Part shown: positions 1 to 13,145 of the stretch, in pieces
Layout of the letters: each line of letters starts with the position of its first letter
How positions within the stretch are numbered: the first letter of the stretch is position 1
DNA from: Octopus sinensis
Lineage: Eukaryota
Reading direction: 5' to 3'
Length of the DNA: 64,000 nt
Assembly: GCF_006345805.1 (NCBI RefSeq)
Contig: NC_043008.1
Coordinates: 930,001 to 994,000, forward strand
Position numbers and translations under genes: made by a program
Notes under the pieces: generated by a model
Told to the model about the DNA's origin: nothing
The model's input: the letters and a program-made list of their open reading frames with translations, nothing else
The model's database searches: none

Positions 1-504
1 GCAGCTACTTCCTCCTCTCCCAAACACCTTCCCGAACAAATTTTAAATGCTTAAAGATGTTCTTAACAGCTTCTGTGATTTTTCAGCCAGCGAATCAATT
101 AAGACGAATCAATACATAATTTATTGGATATGAGTCATTGTGCGAGAGAAAATATTCACATCCATTCTTGCAGATAAGGTATTCATTCACAAGTTGAACA
201 ATGCCAAGTGCCTATACAAGTTAACTTAATTGTTTAACTGATGCAACACACGCACACACAAACACACACACACACACACACACACGCATATACGTATACA
301 GAAATAACCACCCGCATACTCAGGCGCAAACACACACAAACAAATGTAAAGCATAACAAAAAATAGAAACAATCAATAAATAAAATTATGTCTTAAGTGA
401 CGAGTTTTATTATATTACGTAATTTTAGCAAATGATGAAGTTATGAAGGTGAATTTATAATTTTTTTCCCCACTAACTTGTTTTTTCCTTTGTTGTTTTA
501 GCTG

Positions 505-717
505 ATCATCATTATCATCATCGTCATCTTCTTCTTCTTCTTCTTCATTTTCTTCTTTTCTACCCCTTCTTCTTCTTCATTTTCTTCTTCTTCTTCTTCT
601 ACTTCTACTTCTTCTTCCTCCTTTTCTTCTACTTCTATTTCTTCATTTTCTTCTTCCATTTCTACTTCTTCATTTTCTTCTTCTACTACCTCTTCTTCTT
701 CTTCCTCTTCTACCTCG

Positions 718-749
<32 letters not shown>

Positions 750-846
750 TACTTCCTCGTCTTCTTCTTCTTCTTCTTCTTCTTCTTCTTCTTCCTCGTC
801 TTCTTCTTCTTCTTCTTCTTCTCTTCTTCTTCTCCTCCTTCTTCTC
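505..846. repeat. (TTC)n trinucleotide microsatellite, imperfect
   Basis: Continuous TTC/TCT/TAC variants; gives the spurious poly-Glu ORF 498-848. Confidence 0.95.
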
Positions 847-894
847 AATATTATTACTATTAATGTTAATATTAATACGCCTGCTGTAGCTGTT

Positions 895-1108
895 AAAGCG
901 GCGTGCTGGTAGAATCGTTTTTACGCCGGATGAGAAGCTTATAGGTATGTCATTCGTCTCTACGTTCTGAGTTCAAATTCCTTCAAAGTCGACTTTGCAT
1001 TCATCCATTCCGAGTCGATAAAATAAATACTAGTTGAATACTGAGGTCAATGCAATCGACTTCGCCCTTCATTAATATTGCTGGCCTTGTGCTAAAATTA
1101 TTTGAAAT
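895..1108 (+). mobile_element. SINE family A, diverged copy (tail type 2)
   Basis: Matches the copies at 56361/60913 in head (tacgttctgagttcaaattcc, gtcgactttgc) and the 46532/61900 copies in tail (ggccttgtgctaaaatta). Confidence 0.7.
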
Positions 1109-1166
1109 CATAATAATAATAATAATGATGATAATAATAATAATAATAATAATAATAATTGTTATC

Positions 1167-1219
<53 letters not shown>
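1109..1219. repeat. (AAT)n followed directly by (TTA)n, i.e. an inverted trinucleotide array
   Basis: AAT units ~1109-1158, TTA units ~1165-1219. Confidence 0.95.
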
Positions 1220-1223
<4 letters not shown>

Positions 1224-1539
1224 TTCTTGCCAAGTAGTAGTGGTGTACTTTGGAACACGCTACGTGTGTATGGGTTATAATTGTTGCTTTCACTCTTCCG
1301 TTATCGTTTTATGTGCTAAAGTTTTGTAAAGATCTATTATTAAGAACGCCAGGTATCACTTGGATGGTGTAATATGGCCGATTATTGCCTCTTATGAGGC
1401 AATATTTTCCACGCTTAGTTAGGTTCTTTCTTAAAAAAGTAAATACATATACAAGATGTAGTCATTAAGTGCCATCATAGGAGCATTAAATGGGAGTAAT
1501 TTTATTCCCACCAGCCAACCTATGGACGAAAACTTTCCT

Positions 1540-1700
1540 CCTCTCCCGTAACTCACTCCTCTTTAAAACCCACGAGTCGAAGTTCGATCATGGCAGCAGA
1601 TATTTCAGATATTCTCATTTTAAAAATCACCTCCGGCTAATCGTAGGGAGGACGTTGGTTTTGCCTTGGCGGAGGTTTGCACTCTCTGAGTGCACCTGTA
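1540..1700 (+). mobile_element. Probable 3' end of a non-autonomous Helitron/Helentron-type element
   Basis: cttggcggagg motif followed by hairpin GCACTC-TCT-GAGTGC (1679-1693); resembles subterminal repeat plus hairpin ends of Helentron-associated elements (recall, not searched). Confidence 0.35.
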
Positions 1701-2629
1701 TTTTAATTGTTATTCATCACTATACATTAAAAACTTTCTCTGTAGTTACACCTTCCTTCGAATGTTCCACTCATCTACCCGCAACTAATTCTCCAATAGA
1801 GCGTTCATGTATTGTATATAGTATTGAGATGCGTTAGGAATAATATCAGATTCAATAGTGTTCATTGCTGGCACGTTTTCTGTTAGAAGCTAGCAAGTGA
1901 GGATCTTTAGGAAGCGGGATCTTTAGGTGGGGCAAACTTTTAAGAAGACCCCATTTCTAAACAATACCTTACCTCATTTTCCCACGGAACTGACATTAAA
2001 CTCACACTACAAGTTTCATTATACATTCCGAATCGGTTGGTCGTGTTTTCATTGCTTCTTGATTATTAATGGACGTAGATAATCTGTTTATAAATAACTT
2101 TATGTTGGGTTGACTTTAAACTCTTTTTCACATCGCCTTGTTTGTATTGAAAATTTCATTTCATTGTGTTATGTTGTATTCGAGAAGTCGTTTCATTTCG
2201 TTCTCTTGCAATTGATATATTCGCTTCGCTTTGTTTTGTTTGTCTCGAATGTTCGCTTGTTTCTTAGTTTCGTGCGTCTTGTATGTTTTTCAAACTAAAT
2301 ACACTGAATGTAATATAATCACGTGTAAGACACAAAATAAATAACATTTGTACTTATTGAGATCGTTTCGTTTTGATTTATTTGAGTTCAATAGTAACTT
2401 TCGTTTATTCTGTTCGTCCACAATGTCCACTTGATTCCTATTTTCGCATGTGTTGTATGCTATTTAAATAATATAGATTGCGCATTATAATCGCTTGTAA
2501 GACATAATACAAGAATCAGTGGGACACACTGAGAGATTTATAGCACAGTTGTTTGTAAATGTTGCCTCGGTTGTGTCTGGTTTATTTCAGTTTTAAACAG
2601 GGCAGCCGTACTTATTCGCCCCAGGCCAG

Positions 2630-2800
2630 TTCCGTTACCACCCTCCCCTTCCTCCTCCTTCTCCTCCTCCTCATCATCATCATCATCATCGTCGTCGTCG
2701 TCATCATCATCATCATCGTCCTAATTATTGTTGCTACTGTTGTGACCTCTGTTGTTGTTGTTGTTCTTCTTCTTCTTCCTCTTTTTCTTCTTATCGTTTG
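2630..2800. repeat. Compound trinucleotide microsatellite (CCT/CAT/CGT/GTT/CTT)
   Basis: Direct reading. Confidence 0.9.
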
Positions 2801-3354
2801 ACTTTTCAAAGCGTTTACTCTTGTTTGTTCTGATAGATTCTGTGAGAGCTAACGACATCTTACTGTCACATGTCTCACGGTGTCTCTACACACTATGCGC
2901 TTTGATACTTGGTTGTTTATTATCGTAGGAGACATTCAACATCCAAGTACAAATCTCAAAATCTTAGCCGTCCCCAACAAAGTTTGTTCTGTTCTCATGT
3001 TAATTCAGATTTCGTCGAGACGTTTCTCGGGTTTGCACTTTACACTTTCAACACATCATCCTCATCATCATCATCATCATCATCATCATTATTATTATTA
3101 TTGAACACGTTGCATTATATCCAATATTGTGATGTTGTGGAATGAAGATATTATTCCATCAAAGTAAGGATGGAAGGCAAAGTTGACCTTGGCGATATAG
3201 GGATTTTATGCTTCCAACTCACGTCAGCATCAGCTTAACATTTCACCCTTCTGGTATCGATGAAACAACGTATCATTCATATAGATTTAGTTTAATCGAG
3301 TAATTCTCATCCAAATTTCCTGCCTTGTGCCTATATTAGTAAGAATTTAGGGTG

Positions 3355-3550
3355 ACGGATTGCCAAAATATTGAGTGTGTCGGCTAAAAATAACTCTTCA
3401 CTTTCTGAGTTCAAGTCTTTATCACGTTAATTTTACCTTTCATCTTCCCGGCATCGAAGAACAATATAACAGTCAAGTGTTAATGAGATGTACTAACGGC
3501 TCACCCATTTAAATTTGTTGGCCATGTGCCTATTTAGAAATAGTTATTAT
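3355..3550 (+). mobile_element. SINE family A, strongly diverged copy
   Basis: ttctgagttcaag, ttttacctttcatc and ggccatgtgcctatttagaaa motifs in family order. Confidence 0.5.
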
Positions 3551-4443
3551 TTGTGTTGTTTCAGTTACGTGGTTAAATGACCGACAAGTTCACTTACCAT
3601 GATGAATGCTGGATATAATATTTTCTGACTTGGATCTTTTGGAAAAGAGGATTAAGAAAACGTGATGATGCTCACTGAGATGTGGATACGCAAAAATTCA
3701 TAAATCCTCGTCGTAAGAAGGGCATAACCGATGAGGTATCTTGCTGGTATTTTTAGTGTTCAGTGTAGAAATCATGTTATATAGATAGGAATTTTAATAT
3801 GAGATGATCTGGTTTTCTATCAAGTTTGGGAGCATCACTTAATTTTCCAATGTCTAGAAAACCGGCAATAATTTGTAAATGATTCGAAGAAATCAAATTG
3901 AAGTATGACATTTTTTAAATATATAAAATGGTAGGATAAATTTAACATTTCAACATTGATAATAACCATCAGATATAATATTCAAACTGGTGGCCTAAAA
4001 TAGATTTAAGAATGAGCGTTAACAGCGAGATTATTTTTTCTGTAAAAAGCGGCAGTACAGAAGAATAGATAATAGCATTGTGTAAATATTTTTTTTCGAA
4101 ATTAATACATTGCATATTGATCCATGAAGAAGATATCCAGTTGAAGAGAGGATAATTTGAAACATACGCTTGTATGCGATAATTTTCTATTAAGAACTAC
4201 GATAAATCCCTAATTCAATTTCGCTTCAATCACGAGCAAGTATGTATTACGTAGTGAAATGTCGTGACAGAAATATTTTTAAAAGCGTGTTCCTAATGCA
4301 AGATCCGCGGTAAAAATTATAACGCATGTAATCACACCGTATTCTTATTCTTTCTGTCTACAGGATATTAAAATATCGATCTCGTATAAATGCTCAGAAT
4401 AGAATGAAAATCATTATGAATAAGTTCTAGAATTTCTAAGTCG

Positions 4444-4556
4444 CAGGCATCGGTGTGTGGCTAAGGTGCTCGCATAGCGTACCACGCCGTACCAGGTTCA
4501 TTCTCATTGTGCAGTACGTATGACAGGTGAATTTCACTATAACCCGGATTGACCAA

Positions 4557-4560
<4 letters not shown>
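4444..4560 (+). mobile_element. SINE family B, diverged 5' part
   Basis: gcaggcatcggtgtgtggctaag...ccaggttcattc...actataacccggattgaccaa parallels the 49403 and 38755-39127 copies; runs into (TA)n at 4560. Confidence 0.45.
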
Positions 4561-4632
<72 letters not shown>

Positions 4633-7164
4633 CTATGTAGTTCGCAGATGTGATCGAGGTATATTCCGTACAGAAAACACTTAATAGTACTCAGAGGATT
4701 CGAAATTGTCTCCGATGTCATTAGAGGAGATCATTCCAGAAGGTAAAAAATACACATAAAAGGGATCAACTCAAACAGGTATGGAAGCAAATGTGGGGAT
4801 AAGCAAATTAGACACATCAATATATAAAGTATATTGAATGCATCAAATAAAAAGATGTGTATACATATCATAAGATCCAACTTATACAGAGAACAAATAC
4901 TAGAGAAAATTAAAGCAAGTGTGTGTGTGTGTGTTGTGTGTGTGTGTGTGTATGTGTGCGTGTGTGTGTTCATGCTTCTTCCTCCCCAGTGCCTGTCAAC
5001 AGATGTTGGTACCTTTACATCCCGGTAAAATAGTTGTACATCGAATGAAACTTAGAGACTATGTAATATCATACTTTAAAAACTTAAAATAATAATACGA
5101 GAGTTTAGTTTTTCGATTAAACCCTTCTAGGTGGTAACTCAACTGAAACAAAAATAGGTAAAACGATAAACGGGCAACGGTATGAGTATTGTGTGAGCGA
5201 TTTATTTCACCACTATTTCCCACTACGCGGGACATTGTGCAGGTTTTTGCTGCCCTAAACAGTGCTTGACGCATAATGTGTAAGCGGAAACCCATTTCAC
5301 ACGCAAGAAAATCACACACACAAACAGACATACACCAACACATACCTGCATGGAAACAACCCCAAACCCACACCGTAAACACACACACACATACACACAA
5401 GCACACACATTTACATATACGTGGGTGTAAGCATATATACATACAGTGGGAATCACTCGACTCAAAACGTTACGCCTCCCTGGCGGAAGAGTGGGCAAGC
5501 CCTTCGAAGATATCTAGAATATCCTCGGACTCTTGCTAAACTTTGGCATTGCAAGTTATGCTAACACTAGAACAGAGCACCAATGCATTGTGTCAAAATT
5601 AACACTGCTGCTGTCAAAATGCAAGAGCAGATTTTGTAATATATTGGGAATTATGGATTCCCAGTTCTTCAGTAGAAGTTCGATGGTTTGGAGATACCTA
5701 CTGTTGGTGGATGTAAATGCTTTGAAATCAGGACCGGAATTCGTACACTGAAGTGTCTCGGACGAATAGACTTCACGACAGGAATCGTAACATCAAACAT
5801 GAGCTGCAACTTCATTAAAAAACAACCAACAATTAAAAAGTGATAAATAAAGATTAAGTGCCCCAGCATGGTCACGGCTCTCGAACTGAAACAAGTAAAG
5901 ACGTGAAAAGTGAAAGAGATACACAAAGGGTCACACAGACAGACATACAGACACAGCCGCGCACACATATTTGTATATAAGCAAACGACGTGCACACTAA
6001 GAATAAAACCAAAAACTGATAACTCGTTGAACAATGTCAAACGTAATATTTTCTGTTTTCCGATTTACAGACAATCTCTTCTTTGGTACACCGTTACCAA
6101 TGCATTTGTTTTTTAGAAACCTGCAATCAGCGACGCTGTTTTTCTCTCAATCGCGATATCAAATAAATAGATTTTTGCCATAATGATTTCTCATTTCTTT
6201 TCAGCCATGTAATTTTTTTTCTGTTCTGAAGTAGGACATACCTGACAATATTTGCACTGATGTTATTTCCAGAAATAATTGCCACTTATGTTTAAACAAT
6301 GTTTTAGAATAATGGACCACATTGTTTGAGTGGAAGAATCGCCCACATTTTCTCATCTATTTTTTCTGCCTTGCCACTCTTTTAGTCTGTGTATTCTGGG
6401 TATTTATCCTTATTCTTGGTACTAAAGATGCGATGCTCATATTTTATGTAGCACAAGTGCTGCTGTTCTTCTTATTCAATCGCACACTTTCCCATACATG
6501 CGTATGTATATTTACACATACATATTTGCATGCACACATATATGCATATATTAGTGCACCTATATGTATTTATGCATTTATTTGCCTATGTACTTTACGT
6601 GTATTGTTGATATTTCATATCTGATACCTATTGTCATAGTTCGAACCTGCCAAGAATGGAGGTTTAAAACATGTTTTCTCTTATCAGGAGCAAGTCCATC
6701 AATTCTTTCATTCGTAAAATATTGCTTTGAGCTACAAACTCTTTATTCATTATTTTGTGTTCGGCGAAAGAACTGTTTTTATTGGCCTGGAGCTTAAAAC
6801 AACACGATATAGGATTCGGCATATCAAGCGAACTTGCTCGCTTCGAGCATTAATCTTTACAAAATTCGTACAAGTCTTTGAAATATTTTGGTACATCCTC
6901 ACAACTTTAGATCTAAATTTATGCATTGGTAATGCAGTACCATTTTCATGGACTTGCTAAAAATTCGTTCACTTCAGATCAGGGGTTTATAGGCTTCAGA
7001 AGCACCAAGGGCAAAAAGACTGCACTTCCGTGGTGGTTCAAACTACAAAATTTCTCTGCCACATCTCATGGAAGTTATTCGTTATAGCGTCGAGACGAGA
7101 GGTCATCGTGGAGAATGTAAGTTGAAAATATGCTGGTATAGCAACGCGGCTAGAATATCTATAA

Positions 7165-7206
<42 letters not shown>

Positions 7207-7297
7207 ATATCTATCTATCTATCTATCTATCTATTTATCTATCTATCTATATGTGTGTTTATCTGTTTATCCATCGATTTATTTATTTATCTATATT

Positions 7298-7362
<65 letters not shown>

Positions 7363-7379
7363 TATTTGTGTGTGTGTGT

Positions 7380-7625
7380 GCACTTTTGTGACTGTGTCCA
7401 CCACAGTTTGATAACTGGTAGTGGTTTGTTTATGTCACCTTCATCTAAGCGGTTTGCCAAAAAAAAAAAAAAGACTGATAGAATAAATACCAGAAGTGAT
7501 AATAATAGCAAAATAAAAATAAATGGGGACAATACGTTTGCCTAAACGCTTCAGGGCTGTGCTCCGGCAAAACCACAGTCCACTGGCTGTCACAAATGAA
7601 CCGCCAAATGGAAAAGCAATATCAT
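7380..7625 (+). mobile_element. SINE family B, diverged 3' part
   Basis: gtttgtttatgtcacc...taagcggtttgccaaaa...gactgatagaataaatacc...gtgctccggcaaaaccacagtc matches the reverse complement of 38755-38930. Confidence 0.5.
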
Positions 7626-8304
7626 TAAAAAGATAATGACGGTAACACTATTAATGCAAACGTCTACTGGATAACGTGTAACCTCCCGTATGTGTTTAGT
7701 TGAAAAGCTTACAGGGACAGGGTCACCTATTTGGAGCGAAACCGTATTATGGGACATCACTCCTTTATTCTATCAATGAATGCAGCCATACGTTACAACT
7801 CTTTAGAGAATGAAATGAAATTCAGGAGCATCTAAAATATGGATGCTCAAAAAATATTTAACAAATCAAATTATCTGTGTGACACGATACGAATTAATAA
7901 CGCTTGAAATGACATTAATGACACAAACTGACATAACTTTCCCAATTATTTCCACAATTTATTCAAAATTCAATTGAAACTTTGGCATTTAGCAGAATCA
8001 ATAAAGAATAAACTGATCCAGAGATACCAGTTTTCTAACGACTAATGGATGTTTAGTATCAATTTACCGTTATCACAATTCGTAACTATCTCTCTTTATA
8101 GTAAATTATTTGGCGTTGTTGATTAACCCTAGGTCAAATCAGATCGAGAAAATCTTTATTCCGCTCCTATACTTGCCGGGGTGTACATTTTGATAGTTTT
8201 TAGAACACCTAGCTTTAATGTGGCCTTCCGTCTGTCTGGCACGGGTGTAGGATTTGAAGATGATTTCACTGCTCTTTCTATTTAACAGGCGGGGCACCAC
8301 CTGA

Positions 8305-8538
8305 TATATTTCTTTATTACCTACAAGAGGCTAAACATAGAGGGGACAAACAAGGACATACAAACGGATTAAGTCGATTATATCGACCGCAGTGCGTAAC
8401 TGGTACTTATTTAATCGACCTCGAAAGGATGAAAGGCAAAGTCGACCTCGGCGGAATTTGAACTCAGAACGTTGCGGCAGACGAAATACCGCTGAGCATT
8501 TCGCCCGGCATGCTAACGTTTCTGTCAACTCGCCGACT
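8305..8538 (-). mobile_element. SINE family A, full copy (tail type 1)
   Basis: Reverse complement aligns end to end with 56361-56594; box B-like GTTCAAATTCC; decayed ~18-bp flank duplication gcggggcaccacctgata / gctgggtacaacctgata. Confidence 0.9.
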
Positions 8539-8589
8539 TGCTGGGTACAACCTGATAATCGCTGGTTGGCTTATAATGAATTATCCTTA

Positions 8590-8712
8590 TACTTATTTTA
8601 TCGATTCCGATAGGCAAAGTCAACCATGGCGGAATTTGATCTCAGAATGTAGCTGCAGACGAAATGCCGCTAAGCAATTTGCCCGGATGCTAATAATTCT
8701 ACCAGCTCACTG
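8590..8712 (-). mobile_element. SINE family A, partial 5' copy
   Basis: ggcaaagtcaaccatggcggaatttgatctcagaatgtagctgcagacgaaatgccgctaagc repeats the head of the adjacent copy. Confidence 0.8.
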
Positions 8713-9429
8713 CTTGGAAATTATGAATTCATTTTTAATAAAACTACAGACCAAATATGAATGTGCATATTTCCACACACAAACCCGCGCGCAGACACAC
8801 ACATACACACAGAAACACATACATAGACACACACTCACACAAGCAACACATATGTACACGCATGCACTCATGCACACACACATATGTTCAGGGAGAGAGA
8901 GAGAGTAAAAGACAGTGAGGAAATAATGAAATACGACTTTGCTTCCATTCTAAATTCTGCAGATGTTTGGACTTTGAAAATAGAAACATTATCATTAAAA
9001 CGATTAATTAATACATAAAAATACGGTGTGAATTTAAGAGGTCTAGATACACTATTTCATTATATTTGAACTAATTTATCATGAGCAATCAGTCATATAA
9101 AATAAGAACTTTAATCGATGTAGTTCATGTTTGACTGAAAATACGACGTTATAAAACACCCGATGCCACAAATAAATAGAAACACAGGGAGAGAATTGGT
9201 TTACAGATTCAATATCAAATTTGCTATCACTCCATTCGGTCGACGGTTAGGCAAATGTCTTCTGAAAAAGATACGAGTCGATCAATGCTATACATATGAA
9301 TTTGGCAATTGGCATATGTGCGGGAAAGACGTCCGGATATATATATATATATATACGATGGAGATTTTTCAATTTCCGTTTACAAAATTCACTCACAAAA
9401 GTTTCGTCGTCCCGAGTGGTGAATATAAG

Positions 9430-9505
9430 ACCTTTTCTCAAGGTACCACGCAATTGAATTGAACCCGGAGACATGTGGTTGAGAAGCAAGCTTCTTACCA
9501 CACAT
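9430..9505 (-). mobile_element. SINE family B, head fragment
   Basis: gaacccggagacatgtggttgagaagcaagcttcttaccacac. Confidence 0.7.
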
Positions 9506-10264
9506 GAGTGTGTAAGTGTAAGTGTTTGTGTACCTCATTGTTTTTGCTTTTGAATCTCCATTTTCGTATATGTATATCACTTTTTCTAAGTGTATATCAC
9601 GTTGTAGTTCCGTAAAAGAGAGTTAAAACATAAGTACCAGGTCTGATGGGGTCAATTTCCTCGAATAAATTGATCAAGGTTGCACCGCAGAGCATCCAAA
9701 AGACAATGATTGAGAAAAAGAATTGTCGAAAGAGAATTTAAAAAATGATTGAAATAACAACTGCCGATAGGGGGAAGGTAAAAATACTGATTTGTGATGG
9801 TGCGAGATGAGGCTGTTATTCCGCACATCATGTCACGACTGGGATTAACTAGGGGCATGTTTGTGACCCTAGGTTATGGATGAAGAATATCATAGGTTGC
9901 CGAAAAAGAAAACACAACTGAAAAAATTTGAATGCCAATCTTAAACACTTTTCTTTAAAAAAATATGAACGAAGGCAAATATTAGTTCATATATTTCAAT
10001 AAACAGCATCACTGTTAAGAATTCCATTGCTAATAAATCAGAAAAAAAAGTGCATACTTGTGGTATCATCGCTTTCATATGTGTGTGTGTGTGTGTTTGT
10101 GTATGTGTATATGTGTGCGTGCTTGGGTGCGCTCGTGCGTATGTGTGTGGGTGTGTCTGAGGTGTCTTTGTATTTATATATAAGTATATATAGGCATTAC
10201 ACATATTATATATGTGCCTTTTTCTCTCTCTCTCACCATCTTACTATATCTATACACATAAAAT

Positions 10265-10295
<31 letters not shown>

Positions 10296-10317
10296 CATAC
10301 ACACACCACATAATATA

Positions 10318-10356
<39 letters not shown>

Positions 10357-10393
10357 GTATGTACACACGTATATGCATATACATACATATATA

Positions 10394-10425
<32 letters not shown>

Positions 10426-10724
10426 GTATACATATACACATCAAATATATATATAGATCATATATATATGTATACACGTATATGCATGCATACATACTTA
10501 TACAAGAGAGAGGTAAGTGTTACGTGGAATAAAATAACATTAAAACAAGAGCAATAGAATACACACACGCACACGCATACATCCACATATATATATATAA
10601 CAACATATGTGTGTGTCTCTATATGTGTATATGTATACATATATACGTATGTATATGTTTATATATATGTACATATATATGTGTATGTATATCTAGATAT
10701 ATATATTTAGATGTATGTATATAT

Positions 10725-10768
<44 letters not shown>

Positions 10769-10814
10769 GTGTGTGGTGTGTGTGTGTGTGTGTGTGAGTG
10801 TATGTATACATACT

Positions 10815-10845
<31 letters not shown>

Positions 10846-11601
10846 TTAAGGTAAACAAAAGATTATTAAACCAAATGAAGTCAAGTCAGGCCAAGTTTAG
10901 TCAGGATAATTGTTTTTCTAGTTTCTCTCTCACATACACATACACATATTCGTTGGTGGCTAGCTGTAGGAGAGGTAGGACCAGTGGTGGATGTGGCAAA
11001 AGAAGGGCTCAATCTTCAATGTGTACGTAGCACCATTGTAAATATTTAATATTCATTCGATTCAATAATAGAATGATTCAGCGAAAACAAATAGCTAAAA
11101 AAAAAAATAATAATAAATAAATGAAGATTCAATTCTTCATGATATTTTTGCTAAATGTGGCTTATTGATTGTTTTGGCAAGATGATATAATTTGGCATCG
11201 TCGCTTCAAGAATATTTGTTCACTATAATTGGTTGCCTGAAAGTCTATCTTGCCCATTATTTCCAGTTAGTTCTATCTTCTCCAATTATATCCAGTTGAT
11301 GAGAATGAAGAATTATCGCTTTTATATACTCATTCCAGAGTTCGTATATTTTTTCGCCTCTTCCTGTTCTTAATCTTCACGTACCAGCAAGTGAAAGGGG
11401 GTCTCCTAACATGGTCTCTTCACCTAGGTTGAATTAACAATGGCAAATTCTCCAGCAAACACACCCAAATATCTGAAGATTGGGGGAGAAGGGTGATCCC
11501 ATTCGCTAATGTAATTCCCTAGATATAGCCAAACGTCACGTTCTAAGACTTCACGCTATAAGAATGGTAGTCACGACTAAAACGGCTCTCATAATATTAC
11601 G

Positions 11602-11739
<138 letters not shown>

Positions 11740-11803
11740 AACATTATTGGTGAATTGAAGAAATGGAGCTGAACGCAGATTGAACAGAAATCGTTTTATT
11801 TCA

Positions 11804-11882
11804 TTCTACACGGTTTTCGAAAGGCACAAATTACCAAAATCCGATTGAATAATGGGACCATATTGTGTCTTCTCTTCAGGAA
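11804..11882 (-). ncRNA. Type I hammerhead ribozyme motif, left-arm copy (stem III damaged)
   Basis: Minus strand TTC-CTGAAGA-GAAGACACAA...TTGTGCCTTTC-GAAA-ACCGTG-TA-GAA; core intact but A15.2/G16.2 mismatched. Confidence 0.55.
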
Positions 11883-12046
11883 GAAAAAAGGAAATCCGCT
11901 GGAAAAACAAAAACAGAACAGAGGCTGAGCAAAAACAAATCGAACTATGCTCCTAAGAGCCCATGGCGAAACTGTTTATCAGTGTATGTTGAGAACCGGT
12001 GGCTGAAGAATTCAACGGGTCAGCATCGGTCAATCATGTGGGTGAG

Positions 12047-12808
12047 GGTGTATAGATGTTCTTTGTGACCGAGCATAAAGTTCTGACTATTTAAGGAATA
12101 TTGGATGTTTTATAAGGGGCGAGAACAAATCTACTTAGAGACGTGTGTGTGTGTATACTGTTCTATATATGTGTGTGTTGGCGTAGGGGTAGAAAACATT
12201 TTTGTGTACGTGTGTGCGTTTGATCGTTCGGCTGTCAGTGGCTACTGCCGTGATAACCGTTGGGTGGCAGAAAGAAAAAAAATATATATAATTATGTTTT
12301 ATGTGTGTGTGTGTTCATCTAAGCCTGCCTTGTCAAGGAAACCCCCCGCTGTGAAAAAACCAAGCCCCGTTTGTCTTACAGGAGTAATTCCCCTTGCAGT
12401 GGTTAATCGTAGATATCTTAAAGGCTATTTCAGAATTTGTTACCAAGGGCTATGGGTGCCGGTATTATTTATAAACGCTATTTAAAAGCCAGATAAGTGT
12501 AACGCCGCCAATGGGGGCATCGAAAAGCCGACTGTAAGAGCCCGTTTACCATCCGGCCTCTGGCAAACAAAATATGGAAGAGTTCGGAGACACAAAGGTT
12601 GCACTGTCTTCTGCCCCTATCAAATGGGAGGGCCACCGACAAAATTGACCATTCCAGCCTATAGCTTAAGTCCGTATCCTTCAGTCACCATATTAGCTTA
12701 CTGAGTCCCGTGGTCTGGCGCTTGTTCACGTCCCGAAAAGTGCGTAATGTTGTTGGAGACACGCAAAGACAATCTTGAGGATGATGCCCCTACATAAGTG
12801 AAGACATC
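12047..12808. other. 762-bp insertion interrupting the left arm of the fold-back
   Basis: Flanked by TGAG on both sides (12043-12046, 12809-12812); removing it joins the 308-bp arm to the 41-bp arm exactly as they are joined in the right arm. Confidence 0.65.
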
Positions 12809-12905
12809 TGAGTCCGTGTAAACCTTGCATTGGTAGACGGCGTTTTTGATCTTGGAGTTCGCCGTCAAAAACGCCGTCTACCAATGCAAGGTTTACACGG
12901 ACTCA
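12809..12905. repeat. Perfect 41-bp inverted repeat with 15-nt loop (centre of the fold-back)
   Basis: 12809-12849 is the exact reverse complement of 12865-12905; loop TCTTGGAGTTCGCCG. Confidence 0.95.
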
Positions 12906-13064
12906 CCTACATGATTGACCGATGCCTGACCCGTTGAATTCTTCAGCCACCGGTTCTCAACATACACTGATAAACAGTTTCGCCATGGGCTCTTAGGAGC
13001 ATAGTTCGATTTGTTTTTGCTCAGCCTCTGTTTGTTTTGTTTTTCCAGCGGATTTCCTTTTTTC

Positions 13065-13145
13065 TTCCTGAAGAGAAAGACACAATATGGTCCCATTATT
13101 CAATCGGATTTTGGTAATTTGTGCCTTTCGAAACACGTTGTAGAA
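13065..13145 (+). ncRNA. Type I hammerhead ribozyme motif, core intact
   Basis: Stem I TTC(13065-67)/GAA(13143-45); CTGAAGA 13068-74; stem II GAAAG-A-CACAA / TTGTG-C-CTTTC with G10.1-C11.1; GAAA 13130-33; short stem III ACA-CGT-TGT; GUA cleavage triplet ending 13142. Confidence 0.75.

Noticed and set aside
3590-3990. Minus-strand strong donor ATG|GTAAGT with an upstream acceptor-like TTTTAG
   Set aside because: All three frames between them contain stops.
5641-5672. Minus-strand CTGAAGA followed by a GGGAAT/ATTCCC stem
   Set aside because: No GAAA after the stem and no stem I or III; not a hammerhead.
5660-5850. Short open frame DGLEIPTVGGCKCFEIRTG...
   Set aside because: No recognisable family, no convincing splice sites, runs into a SINE tail.
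11330-11600. Minus-strand GCGAATGGGATC motif resembling the HDV ribozyme J4/2-P2 end
   Set aside because: I could not build consistent P1, P3 and P1.1 helices; several mismatches or deletions were needed. A descriptor search on family copies would settle it.
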